A stretch of DNA of 64,000 bases from positions 14,249 through 78,248 of the forward strand of contig JAQVJM010000002.1 in NCBI GenBank assembly GCA_028695135.1. The letters run 5' to 3'. A program made the position numbers and the translations under genes. The DNA comes from Candidatus Moraniibacteriota bacterium. Its GTDB lineage: Bacteria > Patescibacteriota > Minisyncoccia > Moranbacterales > UBA9337. The notes under the pieces are model-generated. The model ran no database searches. It was not told the origin of the DNA and saw only the letters and a list, made by a program, of their open reading frames with translations. Positions 10,239 to 19,897 of this stretch are shown here, in pieces. Numbering within the stretch: the first letter of the stretch is position 1; each line of letters opens with the position of its first letter.

Positions 10239-11189
10239 TTATTTTAGCACGCTTCCTATGAAGCCGGGGTATCCGTTTATGAAACTGTTTGCCTCAGTTT
10301 CATTTTTTCCTTCCAGCTGTAATTTTTCTATGATTATGTTTCCTTTGCCTGTTTTTACGCGTATTTTTTTGTCTTCTTTCTGGAAGACTTCTCCCAAATG
10401 CCGTTCGTTTTCATTTTCATTTTCTTCCGCCGATATTGAAGTCAGTGATATTTTTTTAACAGCCCCTTCATTATCCCAAAAAGTATAAATTCCCGGCCAG
10501 ACTCGGAAAGCGCGAAAAGTATTATGAATTTCCGAGGCGCTTTTGCCCCAAAATATTTGCCCGTCGCTTTTTTCTATGAGCTGGCAAAGAGTGGCCTCCC
10601 CATCGTTCTGTTTGACTGGATTTATTTCTCCGTTAATCCATTTGGAAACAGTATGCAATAATAATTTGGATCCTGCTACAGCCAGCTTGCTTGTGAGAGT
10701 TATATAATCGTCATCATCGTTTATAGCTATCTTTTTTTGGGATAATATATCCCCGGTATCAATTCCTTTGTCCATCAGCATTATGGTTATTCCGGTCTCC
10801 TTATCTCCTTGAAGAAGGGAATTTTGAATAGGAGAGGGACCGCGCAATTTTGGAAGAAGCGAAGCGTGGACGTTCAGGGATTTCATTCTGGGTATTTCCA
10901 ATATTTTTTCTGGAATGATTTTCCCATAGGAAGCGACTATAAAAACGTCAGGTCTGAGGCCCTTTATCTCGTTTGTGAAATTTTCATCCAGTTTTTCAGG
11001 CTGGAGTATTTTTATGTTATTTTTCTGGGCGATATCTCTTACCGGATTCGGTAGATTTCCTTTCTTGTCTCTGCTGTCCGGTTGAGTGACTACTGCCGAG
11101 ATTTCATAGGGGCTTCCTGTCAAAGATTCAAGGACGATTCCGGCAAAATCGGAAGTGCCCATGAAAACTATTTTTAATTTTTCTTCCAT
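10239..11189 (-). CDS. fmt: Methionyl-tRNA formyltransferase
   Basis: IVFMGTSDF, NVHASLLPKLRGPSPIQ, DTGDIL. Confidence 0.96.
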   Translation of the reverse strand: MEEKLKIVFMGTSDFAGIVLESLTGSPYEISAVVTQPDSRDKKGNLPNPVRDIAQKNNIKILQPEKLDENFTNEIKGLRPDVFIVASYGKIIPEKILEIPRMKSLNVHASLLPKLRGPSPIQNSLLQGDKETGITIMLMDKGIDTGDILSQKKIAINDDDDYITLTSKLAVAGSKLLLHTVSKWINGEINPVKQNDGEATLCQLIEKSDGQIFWGKSASEIHNTFRAFRVWPGIYTFWDNEGAVKKISLTSISAEENENENERHLGEVFQKEDKKIRVKTGKGNIIIEKLQLEGKNETEANSFINGYPGFIGSVLK

Positions 11190-11197
11190 AATTTCAC

Positions 11198-11326
11198 AAT
11201 CCGAATCTACGGATATAATTCAAATCTACAAATTTTATTCGAATTCCTCTAAATATCGCATCGGATTTATCCGGGATTTAAATTATTGCGATCGGAACGC
11301 TCAAATGTCATTCGTAGATTCGGATT
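11198..11326. repeat. Inverted-repeat element with ~9-nt periodic arms
   Basis: AATCCGAATCTACG ... CGTAGATTCGGATT terminal inverted repeat filling the def-fmt spacer. Confidence 0.6.
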
Positions 11327-11327
11327 A

Positions 11328-11756
11328 TTATTTATTTATAAAAAGTTTTCCGTTAAGATGGTCTATTTCATGCTGGAGCGCTCTGGCCAGCAGAGCCTCC
11401 GCTTTTATCTTACACTTTTCTCCTTTTTCATTCAAATACCTTACTGTAACTCCGGAAAATCTTTTTATCGGTAGGAATTTCCCGGGGAAACTGAGACATC
11501 CTTCTTCAGAAATATCACATTCTTTCGATTCGGACGTTATTTTGGGATTTATGAAAACATATGATTTTTTATCAATTTCGATAACGCAAAGACGGATTGA
11601 TTTTCCAATTTGAGGAGCCGCCAATCCTATGCCTTTATTTTCTCTCATAGTTTGGATCATGTCGATTATCAGTTTTTGAATCTCGGGATCAAGGGGATTT
11701 TTTATTTTTTCCGATTTTTTTTCCAGTATCGGATCGGGATAGGCTATTATTTTCAT
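11328..11756 (-). CDS. def: Peptide deformylase
   Basis: GIGLAAPQIG, EGCLS, QHEIDHL. Confidence 0.97.
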   Translation of the reverse strand: MKIIAYPDPILEKKSEKIKNPLDPEIQKLIIDMIQTMRENKGIGLAAPQIGKSIRLCVIEIDKKSYVFINPKITSESKECDISEEGCLSFPGKFLPIKRFSGVTVRYLNEKGEKCKIKAEALLARALQHEIDHLNGKLFINK

Positions 11757-11816
11757 TGAATTTCTATAAGTTGCAAATGAATACGAATTTACTAATATGC
11801 AAAATATCTAATCTGC

Positions 11817-12176
11817 TTAGAGTTTCTTATAAATGTTCTTCTCTTCCTTTCCGTGATCAGCCTTTATTTCAAAAAAGTTCCCTTCAGGAAGTCCTTGAAT
11901 CATAACATTTTTAGAATCATTTTTCAATATTTTTATATTTTCCATTTTTATCTTTTTGCCATCGACAATCAGCGACCAGGAGAAATCTTTATCATCGGAA
12001 TAGTTTTCAATAACGAAGCTCATGGAATCATTTTTTGGATTTTCAAAATATAAAAACCATCCGTTTTTAATCCGATGCTGGCGATTTTCCGCGATGCTTA
12101 GGAATAAAAAGCTCGTCAGAACGATCGCCAACGTTGAAACTATTATTATTTTATGGTTTTTCATAATATTCTTCAA
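11817..12176 (-). CDS. Hypothetical exported protein
   Basis: N-terminal TM; overlaps upstream stop, operonic. Confidence 0.7.
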   Translation of the reverse strand: MKNIMKNHKIIIVSTLAIVLTSFLFLSIAENRQHRIKNGWFLYFENPKNDSMSFVIENYSDDKDFSWSLIVDGKKIKMENIKILKNDSKNVMIQGLPEGNFFEIKADHGKEEKNIYKKL

Positions 12177-14212
12177 TGCCTATAAAATATCTCAATATGC
12201 TTCCCGGAATAAATTTTCCAGAAGTCATCGTTTTTTTCGAATTGGATGCTGTCAAATTCAGGATTTATCACTACAAATCGAGTGCCGGTTCCCGCATAGC
12301 ATCTTTGAGCTTTTTCTGAGGAAGGAGATTCTATCATCCAGAGCGTACACATTTCGCGAGGCTTAGTGGGATCTTCGTATCTCTTGAAAAATCCTCTAGA
12401 CAAAGGATAGCTATAATCTCTCATGAAAGAAAGCTTCATCCAGGCATCTGCTTTTATGTAATTGTGATCCTTTATCGTCATAATCTCGCTGTCAATCCTT
12501 TCGGTCAGATAACCGGAAGCATGAAAGGTTTCCAACGCCGATTGATTGTCAATTCTTCCCGATAAAGATTGGGAATTGTCGTAGTGTCCGGAAGAAAAAA
12601 CAGTAAGCGTCATCAGGAAAAAAAACAGGAGGATGATCTTGGAGGACACTGAAAAATATCCGCTCCCTTTTAAATTTTTTATGAAATAAGCCAGCCAGAC
12701 CAGGGCGAAAGAAGCGGATATGACAAACGGAAAACTTGTATAATTGGCGACTCTTCCCGAAGGTATGTTTATGTAAAGCCAATGAGGCTTGAGGGTCATA
12801 ACCGATAAGGCGATTGTCCAGCCGATGATAAAAGCGGGAGCTAAAATTTTTTCAAAAGTATTCTTTTTTTTGAAATTTTTGTGCGAAAGCGCAATTAGAG
12901 ACAAAAGAAAAATTCCTATCAATCCCAGCGCCAGGCGTGGTTCTCCGACTGCGTATTTGAATTGAGCGGGAGTGAGTCCCGTCCGGGTTGATTTGGAAGG
13001 GGCGCCGACAGCTGTGGAAGTGGCGTCAAAGTTGAGGTAGGAAGGCGTATGGATAAATAAAACAAATATGGATATTGCTGCCAGAAATACTATGTTTTGA
13101 GCGGAGAAAGCGATTTTAAAATATTTTTTCATCAAGTCTGAAAAATCGGAAAAGCGGCTTTTGTTTTCCTTGATTCTTAAAAATGCGATATCGAGCAGAG
13201 ACGCGAATGTGAAAAACAATATTATAAAGATGAAGATAAAGATAAAAATCAGCGAGCTGAGATGATGAAAATAGAACATTCCGCCGCTTGCAAACAGAGC
13301 CAGAGTCATCAGGTTTTTGTTTTCTTCCTTCAACGCTCTGAAAAAAAGATAAAGAGAAAGGGGGATAAGCAGATTGCCGATTATGTTTCCCACAACTCCT
13401 CCGCTTACGAATTTGGCTTGCGGAGAAGATATGGCATAAATCGGACCCATAAGAAGAAGAGCGGCTATGGATATATTCAGCGGGTTTTTAATCAGGCTTT
13501 TGGGAGTGATAAAATTTTTTCTGGAAAAAATTCTAAGGGTCAGGATAAAAATAGCCAGAATGCCGATTATATCTATGAGAAAGAGGACCAGGGTGGGAAA
13601 GTAAGAAATGAAATCAGCTCCGCTCAGGAGATTTATGGCGGAAAAAACCAGATGTTCTCCAATTATAAAATCGGCGATATCGCTTTTTTCCAAAAAATAA
13701 TTTCCCTCGTCTTCAATTATTTCCAGTTTCTCATAATCGGGGAGATTTCCGGTTTCGGAAACAAGTTTAGCCCAGTACATGTGGTGGCCGAGGTCGGTGG
13801 AAGTAGGGAAGATGGCGTCTTTTAGATAAGCGGTTTTTATGAATACGGTAAGAAAAATTATCAGAATTATCAATATAGATTGCTTTTTCGAAAAATCCGC
13901 AAATATCGATTCCTGCCTATCTACTTTATTTTTTTTGTTCTTATTTTTATAAAATAAATAACAAGTTGTCAGAAAAAATCCGATAATTGCCGAGATAGAA
14001 AGTGTCGTTATCGGAATTCCCGTTTTTCCCAGAATTATTATCAAAAAATTTACGGCAATAAGGCTTAATCCGAAAGAAATAGTGAAATTTTCCAAAGGCA
14101 GGAAAATTTTCCTCACATCTTTGCCAAAAATCGCCAGAAGTAAAAAATATCCCGGAAGAAATAGGATGATAATCAAGGATAAATAAAATAGAATTTGTTC
14201 GATAATAAACAT
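12173..14212 (-). CDS. Polytopic membrane protein, putative GT-C-fold glycosyltransferase
   Basis: Many TM segments, FLPGY, TDLGHH acidic motif in first loop; in GT cluster. Confidence 0.65.
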   Translation of the reverse strand: MFIIEQILFYLSLIIILFLPGYFLLLAIFGKDVRKIFLPLENFTISFGLSLIAVNFLIIILGKTGIPITTLSISAIIGFFLTTCYLFYKNKNKKNKVDRQESIFADFSKKQSILIILIIFLTVFIKTAYLKDAIFPTSTDLGHHMYWAKLVSETGNLPDYEKLEIIEDEGNYFLEKSDIADFIIGEHLVFSAINLLSGADFISYFPTLVLFLIDIIGILAIFILTLRIFSRKNFITPKSLIKNPLNISIAALLLMGPIYAISSPQAKFVSGGVVGNIIGNLLIPLSLYLFFRALKEENKNLMTLALFASGGMFYFHHLSSLIFIFIFIFIILFFTFASLLDIAFLRIKENKSRFSDFSDLMKKYFKIAFSAQNIVFLAAISIFVLFIHTPSYLNFDATSTAVGAPSKSTRTGLTPAQFKYAVGEPRLALGLIGIFLLSLIALSHKNFKKKNTFEKILAPAFIIGWTIALSVMTLKPHWLYINIPSGRVANYTSFPFVISASFALVWLAYFIKNLKGSGYFSVSSKIILLFFFLMTLTVFSSGHYDNSQSLSGRIDNQSALETFHASGYLTERIDSEIMTIKDHNYIKADAWMKLSFMRDYSYPLSRGFFKRYEDPTKPREMCTLWMIESPSSEKAQRCYAGTGTRFVVINPEFDSIQFEKNDDFWKIYSGKHIEIFYRH

Positions 14213-14224
14213 TTTTGATTGAAG

Positions 14225-15349
14225 TTAAGCCTCTTTTTCTAATAAGTCTAAATATTTCAAAGCTATTTTTTGCCAAGAAAAATTTTCGATGGTGAATTTC
14301 TGAGCACGTTCTCCAAAAGCCGATCTGAAATCGTCAGCCTCCATAATAGCTTCTATTTTTCTTTTCCATTTGTCTGCGTCCTCGGGATCGACTAAAAATC
14401 CATTTTTTCCGTCATAAATCGCGTCTCTTAATCCTTCCAATCGGGAAGCCACCACTACTTTTCTGCAAGCAGCTCCTTCAATGGCGTTTATCCCGAATCC
14501 CTCCATTGATCCCGGAACCTTAATATTGGGAGAGATGAAAATATCAACGGCGTTAAATAGGACATTCATTTTTTCTTGGGGCATATTAGCAAACAGAAAA
14601 ACCCTATTTTCCAATCCTAATTCTTTTATGACCTTCTCACATTCCGGGTAAATGTCGCTGTCTCCGGCTGTTTTTCTAGCGACTCTGCCTCCGGCGGCAA
14701 TCAGAACATAATCGGAGGAAAGCTTCGGCATCACATTTTTAATAAACCACAGAAGTCCTTTGTGCCTTACAAACCTTCCCACTCTTAGCATAACCTTCTT
14801 TCCTTCTAACCTTATGTTTAACAAGTCTTCCAATTCTTTTCGGGAATGTTTTTCATATATGGAATAAAGATCGAACCCGTTGGGAATGAAGAAGCATTTT
14901 TCTTTTGGAATTCCGGCTTTTTCTGCTTCCGATATTGTATGATTTCCTACCATTATAAGCTTATCAAGTTTTTTAAGCGAAGGAATATTTATTTTTCTAT
15001 ATATCTTTCCCAGGAAGGTATTTTTTTGGGCATAAGTTATATCCAAACCGTGAATAATACTGAAAAATCTTTTTTTGGGATGGAATAATTTAAGCAAAGG
15101 TCCCAAGGGGGACAGGACTCCGTCCCCAAAAAGAACAACATCATATTTCCAGAGAGAAAACAGGGATTGAAAGTAAGCCGAGAGAATGAAAAAGGGAAGG
15201 AATTTTTTCCCCCGCCTATTGGCGATTATTCTTACTTCAGCTATTTGGGACAGCGCCTTTCCGATGCCGTAATTTTGGTTCTCTATTCCTCCGATTACGG
15301 GGGGATAAGCGCGGGAAATAAACAGTATTTTAAAATTTTTTTTATTCAT
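14225..15349 (-). CDS. Glycosyltransferase family 4
   Basis: YPPVIGGIE, EGFGINAIEG; start ATG 15349 overlaps GT2 stop. Confidence 0.9.
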   Translation of the reverse strand: MNKKNFKILFISRAYPPVIGGIENQNYGIGKALSQIAEVRIIANRRGKKFLPFFILSAYFQSLFSLWKYDVVLFGDGVLSPLGPLLKLFHPKKRFFSIIHGLDITYAQKNTFLGKIYRKINIPSLKKLDKLIMVGNHTISEAEKAGIPKEKCFFIPNGFDLYSIYEKHSRKELEDLLNIRLEGKKVMLRVGRFVRHKGLLWFIKNVMPKLSSDYVLIAAGGRVARKTAGDSDIYPECEKVIKELGLENRVFLFANMPQEKMNVLFNAVDIFISPNIKVPGSMEGFGINAIEGAACRKVVVASRLEGLRDAIYDGKNGFLVDPEDADKWKRKIEAIMEADDFRSAFGERAQKFTIENFSWQKIALKYLDLLEKEA

Positions 15350-16316
15350 TCTTAGGATTTTTTTTAGCTTTCTTGAATTTTTTTGATCTTTCAAAATATG
15401 CCAGATCTTCTATCAGTTTGCGATTAGCTTTTATCATATCGGCAATCAGGGCAAAGACCAAAAACTGAAAACCGACCAGAAGGGAAGTTATCGAAAGCAA
15501 CAGGTAATTTCGGTAAGGAGTTATCTTGAAATCCTGAAGATATAGAGAAAGAAATATGACGATTGAAGCTAAGGATACGAGGAGCAATATGAATCCCGGG
15601 ATGCCGAAAAATTTCATGGGACGGACATCGCGGATAGCTTTTATTATTATCCTGAAGCTATTATTTATATAATTATAGATGCTTTTCACCACTCGGGATT
15701 TCCTTTCTTTGAAATAAGTAACTTCTACGGGTACCCACTTTACTTCCAAATTTTTTCCTATTGCGTCGATTATGGTTTCTTGGGTATAGGTAAAATTTCC
15801 CGGAAGATTGAGGCGCAACATCGTTTCTTGGGAATAGGCCCTGAATCCGCAGGTCAGATCGTTTATCCTGTGGTTCAAAAATTTCCCGATTATTTTGGCT
15901 GCCAGCCGGTTAAGGAAATTTTTTGCCCAAGGCATGTCTTTGGCCTTATGGCTTCCGAATCTGTCGGCGCTCACCATGTCAGCTTTGCCACTAATTATAG
16001 GTTCTACCAGCTTTTGAATGTCCCGGGGGTCGAATTGTCCGTCGGCATCCATATTTACCATTACATCCGCTTCGTTTTTAAGGGATTTAAAAACCGCTCT
16101 CCTGAAAGTTATCCCGATACCCTTGTTGGGAAAATGAGAATACACAAAATCAGCTCCGGCTTTTCTGGAAATTTCGGCTGTCTTGTCTCTTGATCCGTCA
16201 TCGATCACCTGGATCAAGACTTCGTCGAACCCTTTTATGTCGCGGGGGATTTTTCTTATAGTTTCTCCAATTTTGGCCTCTTCGTTAAAGGCCGGCAGAT
16301 TTACGATTAATCTCAT
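15342..16316 (-). CDS. Glycosyltransferase family 2 (DPM1-like)
   Basis: PAFNEE, DDGSRD, DADGQ, DLTCGFRAY, C-terminal TMs. Confidence 0.92.
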   Translation of the reverse strand: MRLIVNLPAFNEEAKIGETIRKIPRDIKGFDEVLIQVIDDGSRDKTAEISRKAGADFVYSHFPNKGIGITFRRAVFKSLKNEADVMVNMDADGQFDPRDIQKLVEPIISGKADMVSADRFGSHKAKDMPWAKNFLNRLAAKIIGKFLNHRINDLTCGFRAYSQETMLRLNLPGNFTYTQETIIDAIGKNLEVKWVPVEVTYFKERKSRVVKSIYNYINNSFRIIIKAIRDVRPMKFFGIPGFILLLVSLASIVIFLSLYLQDFKITPYRNYLLLSITSLLVGFQFLVFALIADMIKANRKLIEDLAYFERSKKFKKAKKNPKNE

Positions 16317-16510
16317 AATCTAAAATTTACTTATTTATCTTTATTCCAATATTATCCTAATTTTTGGCGATTGACAAATAAAAAATACGGATCAAAAAAT
16401 GAATATCAAATGTTTGGCATTTCGACTTTTTCTGATATAATTGACGTTGAGGAGGAGCCTCGGGTCAAATAAATAAATAAATAAACCCGCATTCTTAAAG
16501 TAGCTGAAAT

Positions 16511-17320
16511 ATGAAGAGAGGATTAAAAAGATTATTTATCATATTCATATATCTGATGATTTTTTCCGCGATAGGACTTTTTTTCTATATGGTACTAAAG
16601 CCTAATCCGACTTGTTTTGACGGAGAGCAGAATCAAGCCGAAGACGGAATCGATTGCGGGGGGCCGTGCCAGCCGTGCGAAAAAGAAATCGTCGTCCAAG
16701 AAATGGAAATCTTGGAAAAGTATTTCGTGCAGGGAACCGGAGAGTTTTATGATGTTATGGCCAAATTGGACAATCCCAACAATAGATACGGGGCGGCTAA
16801 ATTTTATTACGAATTCAATCTGGTGGACAAAGAAGGAAATTCTTTGGCCAATAGGAGAGGGGAAAGTTTCATCCTTCCGGGAGAAACTAAATATGTCATA
16901 GAGCTCAATCTGCAGTCGCAGGTACATCCCTATACGGCTAAGTTTGAGATAATCGATGTCGCTTGGGAAGAATTTTTAAATTATGAAGAGCCAAGGCTTA
17001 GCATTTACAACAAAAATTATGCAGAAGAGAGCGGAAAAAGCGAAGTTTTCGGACTGATGAAGAATGAAAGCTATTTTGACTTCAACTCGATTGAGATCGA
17101 TATAATCCTGAGGGACGAGAGTGGAAATCCTCTGGCATTGGGAAAAAACGAGATGCGGACGATCAGCTCCCAGCAGGAGAGGGACTTCAGGGTTTTTTGG
17201 CCGTATAATTTTTCCAGGGAAGTGCGAGATATTGAAATCAGGGCGGAAGCTGACGTGTTTGATCCCAATAATAGCTATGTAAAAAAATATATGCCCCAGA
17301 GGTTCCGAGACTATAGGTGA
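16511..17320 (+). CDS. Hypothetical membrane-anchored protein with Cys-rich repeat and Ig-like domains
   Basis: CFDGEQNQAEDGIDCGGPCQPC; FILPGETKY. Confidence 0.75.
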   Translation: MKRGLKRLFIIFIYLMIFSAIGLFFYMVLKPNPTCFDGEQNQAEDGIDCGGPCQPCEKEIVVQEMEILEKYFVQGTGEFYDVMAKLDNPNNRYGAAKFYYEFNLVDKEGNSLANRRGESFILPGETKYVIELNLQSQVHPYTAKFEIIDVAWEEFLNYEEPRLSIYNKNYAEESGKSEVFGLMKNESYFDFNSIEIDIILRDESGNPLALGKNEMRTISSQQERDFRVFWPYNFSREVRDIEIRAEADVFDPNNSYVKKYMPQRFRDYR

Positions 17321-17388
17321 GCTGGATCATAATTTTGAAATTGAAAATTTGAAATTATGTATAAATTATAAATAAAAAATGCGATGAT

Positions 17389-17413
17389 AAAAAACCCGCC
17401 AGAGCGGGATTTT
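17389..17413. terminator. Intrinsic terminator
   Basis: AAAAACCCGC-caga-GCGGGATTTT. Confidence 0.6.
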
Positions 17414-18551
17414 ATGATTTTGGATTTTTCTTTGCCCTTAGGCTTGCGTCGAATCTGATTCCCCCGGGATTCAATGCTTCGATTGCGCTCATTATTTCAT
17501 GGTTTTCCAAGCCTCTTCCTATCCTGTTTTCCATTTTCTTTATTTTTTTCAAGTAATCCATTATTAATTTTTTTCTTATCTCATCATCTTCTTTGGTTTT
17601 AAATCTGTCTATTTCCAAAGTTAAATGTCTGGCCAATTTTCTTTTGTCAGTTTTAAAATGCATCGCTTCTATCCCGTCGCTTATTTCTTTCAAAAAATTC
17701 AGATGCCTTTCCGGTCGCTCGTGATAATCCTTGGCCGGTTTCGTTTTTATAAAATTGGGCTTTTTCTTTATAAGAGTAGGCCCTTCCTTATAAGCCGTTA
17801 TTATCTTTTTCAGAGCCTTTTCCCTGTCTCCCGCTTCGTATTCTTCTTTTCCTATGCCGTATATCTTATATAACATAGCGACGTAGATCGCCCCAAAAGC
17901 TCGTCCGTGTCGAGGGCTCTCTTTTATTATCTTTTTTATTTTTTCCAGCTTTGCGGTCGACTGGAGATTGCTGTGGGGATTTATCTCTCTGTAATCGACC
18001 AGCCGGTGGAGCTTCTCGATGATATCTCTTGTGGCCGCTTCTCGCAGTTGCATCACTCCGAAGGCCCCTTTGTTTTCCAACGGTTCAGGGTTTCTCACAT
18101 TTTTTATGCTTCCTCCGGATTCTCTTAGCTCTATGGCATCGACGAGATGATCGTTTACCAGATCTTCCGGCAGAAAGCCTTTTTTATCATAAATCTCGTG
18201 TGATATCTCTATCATTTTATCTGCCAATTCCCGGGCGTTCAATTTTTCCAGATCGATCGTTTCATATTTTTCATTTTTGATTTCCGAAGCATCATATTTT
18301 TTTTCTGTCAATCCTTCCTTATTTTCTGCATAATTCTTTCTGCGGAAAAATTTTCCTATAGCTTCTATGATGCTGGTCACTTTTCTCGGTTCCTGAGTTA
18401 TTGCTGTAGCCGATAAAGCGGTGACAGCAAATCCAAATAAAAAATCCCGCCTGCTGAGCATCGTTTTTTCGAAATTTCCTGCCATAGGTTTTTCAGAGCT
18501 GTTTTCCTCAGGCTTATTTTTTTTCGGCGATACATAAGATTCTATTTTCAT
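17412..18551 (-). CDS. Putative lytic transglycosylase (SLT/lysozyme-like) with twin-arginine-like signal
   Basis: SRRDFL+TM; RESGG, GAFGVMQL, AYKEGP correspond to SLT motifs I-III. Confidence 0.6.
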   Translation of the reverse strand: MKIESYVSPKKNKPEENSSEKPMAGNFEKTMLSRRDFLFGFAVTALSATAITQEPRKVTSIIEAIGKFFRRKNYAENKEGLTEKKYDASEIKNEKYETIDLEKLNARELADKMIEISHEIYDKKGFLPEDLVNDHLVDAIELRESGGSIKNVRNPEPLENKGAFGVMQLREAATRDIIEKLHRLVDYREINPHSNLQSTAKLEKIKKIIKESPRHGRAFGAIYVAMLYKIYGIGKEEYEAGDREKALKKIITAYKEGPTLIKKKPNFIKTKPAKDYHERPERHLNFLKEISDGIEAMHFKTDKRKLARHLTLEIDRFKTKEDDEIRKKLIMDYLKKIKKMENRIGRGLENHEIMSAIEALNPGGIRFDASLRAKKNPKS

Positions 18552-18659
18552 ATTTTTATTATATAATAATAAACAAAATGAGCCAATAAAAATAATAAAT
18601 AAAAATCACGCGAAAATACGGTCGTCAGTTTATGTGAAGGAAATAAAAAATCAATATAC

Positions 18660-18688
18660 TTGATTGAAAGAGGTTTTTTATATAGTAT
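18660..18688 (+). promoter_or_regulatory. Sigma70 promoter upstream of nested tRNA locus
   Basis: TTGATT-17 nt-TAGTAT, 18 nt before outer tRNA 5' end. Confidence 0.55.
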
Positions 18689-18706
18689 GGACTTATTGGA
18701 AATTTA

Positions 18707-18879
18707 TGGGGATTAGCCAAGCGGTAAGGCAGCTAGTGGCGCCTGTCCTGCTTAAAGTTCCGAGATCGTCTAATGGTAGGACGACGGGTTCTGGTCCCGT
18801 TAATCCTGGTTCGAGTCCAGGTCTCGGAACTTTGCGCGGGAGTCCCCGTCATGCGGGGGTTCGAATCCCTCATCCCCAG
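18707..18879 (+). ncRNA. tRNA-Gln-like shell with anticodon arm replaced by an insert containing a second tRNA
   Basis: Acceptor TGGGGAT/ATCCCCA, D-arm GCC-AAGCGGTAA-GGC, variable CATGC, T-arm GGGGG-TTCGAAT-CCCTC; 118 nt between D-arm and variable loop. Confidence 0.75.
18759..18829 (+). tRNA. tRNA-Gln(CTG), nested
   Basis: Acceptor TCCGAGA/TCTCGGA, anticodon arm ACGGG-TTCTGGT-CCCGT, T-arm CCTGG-TTCGAGT-CCAGG. Confidence 0.93.
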
Positions 18880-18959
18880 CAAGAAAAACCAGAAGGGATT
18901 TGAAGGGCGTGAGTGGGTCGAGCGCCCAGATCCGAAGGGGAATACCTTATTCCCAATAT

Positions 18960-18990
18960 AAAAAGACACTCTCGGTGTCTCTTTTTTATT
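18960..18990. terminator. Bidirectional terminator after tRNA locus
   Basis: AAAAGACAC-tctcg-GTGTCTTTTT. Confidence 0.7.
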
Positions 18991-19000
18991 TATTCATATT

Positions 19001-19897
19001 TTACGGCTGTAAGATATCCTCGGTTCTTCCATCGATCGAAATCACGACATTTTCAACTGTCGGAAATTGTTTCAAGGTTTCGGTTATCTGGGCGCGGATG
19101 GCTGTCACTCGGCAGGATCCTCCGACAGCTCTTTCCAGCTGTTCATCAAAGTCGGCATAGGCGGTTCCGTTCTGGATGGTTATTTTTTGCAGTTTGACAT
19201 CCGGATTTATGGAGGTGAAATATCCCGAATCTTTTTCTTCCCGGGTCGGGCCGACCAAAAGTTCTTCTATGGCTCTTTTGCCGACTGCCTGGGTTCGAGT
19301 GATCGTTCTTTCCCGCGCATACATCTCAGAGCACAGGTCGACGTCGTTATCATTGCCGAAAAAAACTTTTACCGTCATTGTTTCTGTCGGAGCGAATCTT
19401 ATCGGAATCTCTAGCGAATCGTCGAGCTCGCGCATATCGGACGGATTATCTTTTTGAAAAATCAATTTTCCTTCTTGCGCTCCTCGGGAATCGAATTCCA
19501 GAAAGGCCGTGAAGGGGACGAATTCCTCGGTCATCCATTCTTCCTGGGCCGTGGCTATGGCGCTTCCCAGCTCCTGTCCGTTTTCGTTCAGGAGAATTAT
19601 AGGAAAGCTGGCTTCAAAATACCAAGTCCCGCGAGCTTCACCGGATATTTCCAAGGGACTGGATATTTCATCTCCGGCGGACAAGTCCTTGACCCGGATG
19701 AGATCATTTTTTTCTGTTTCAGAAGTCTCTTTCCCGATCTCTTTGCCTTCTTGATCTTCTTCAGAAACGGGAATCCGATCCGTTTCCGGCGGGATGCCGG
19801 AATCATTCTTATTTTTATTAAAAAAATAAAAAGCGAAAAATACCAGAAAAAGGACTGCCGTTGCGATGTAAAAAAGTTTTTTCGTATTTTCCGCCAT
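19001..19897 (-). CDS. Gmad2 Ig-like plus GerMN domain membrane protein
   Basis: SPLEISGEARGTWYFEASFP; GGSCRVTAIRAQITETLKQFPTVENVVISIDG. Confidence 0.85.
   Translation of the reverse strand: MAENTKKLFYIATAVLFLVFFAFYFFNKNKNDSGIPPETDRIPVSEEDQEGKEIGKETSETEKNDLIRVKDLSAGDEISSPLEISGEARGTWYFEASFPIILLNENGQELGSAIATAQEEWMTEEFVPFTAFLEFDSRGAQEGKLIFQKDNPSDMRELDDSLEIPIRFAPTETMTVKVFFGNDNDVDLCSEMYARERTITRTQAVGKRAIEELLVGPTREEKDSGYFTSINPDVKLQKITIQNGTAYADFDEQLERAVGGSCRVTAIRAQITETLKQFPTVENVVISIDGRTEDILQP

Noticed and set aside
18707-18879. tmRNA or group I intron-containing tRNA
   Set aside because: No Ala-type acceptor with G3-U70, no tag ORF, and the insert lacks P/Q/R/S motifs and is mostly a tRNA
18664-19197. 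Short ORFs over the tRNA locus (also over tRNA-Ser, tRNA-Arg and 23S)
   Set aside because: Shadow ORFs of structural RNA genes
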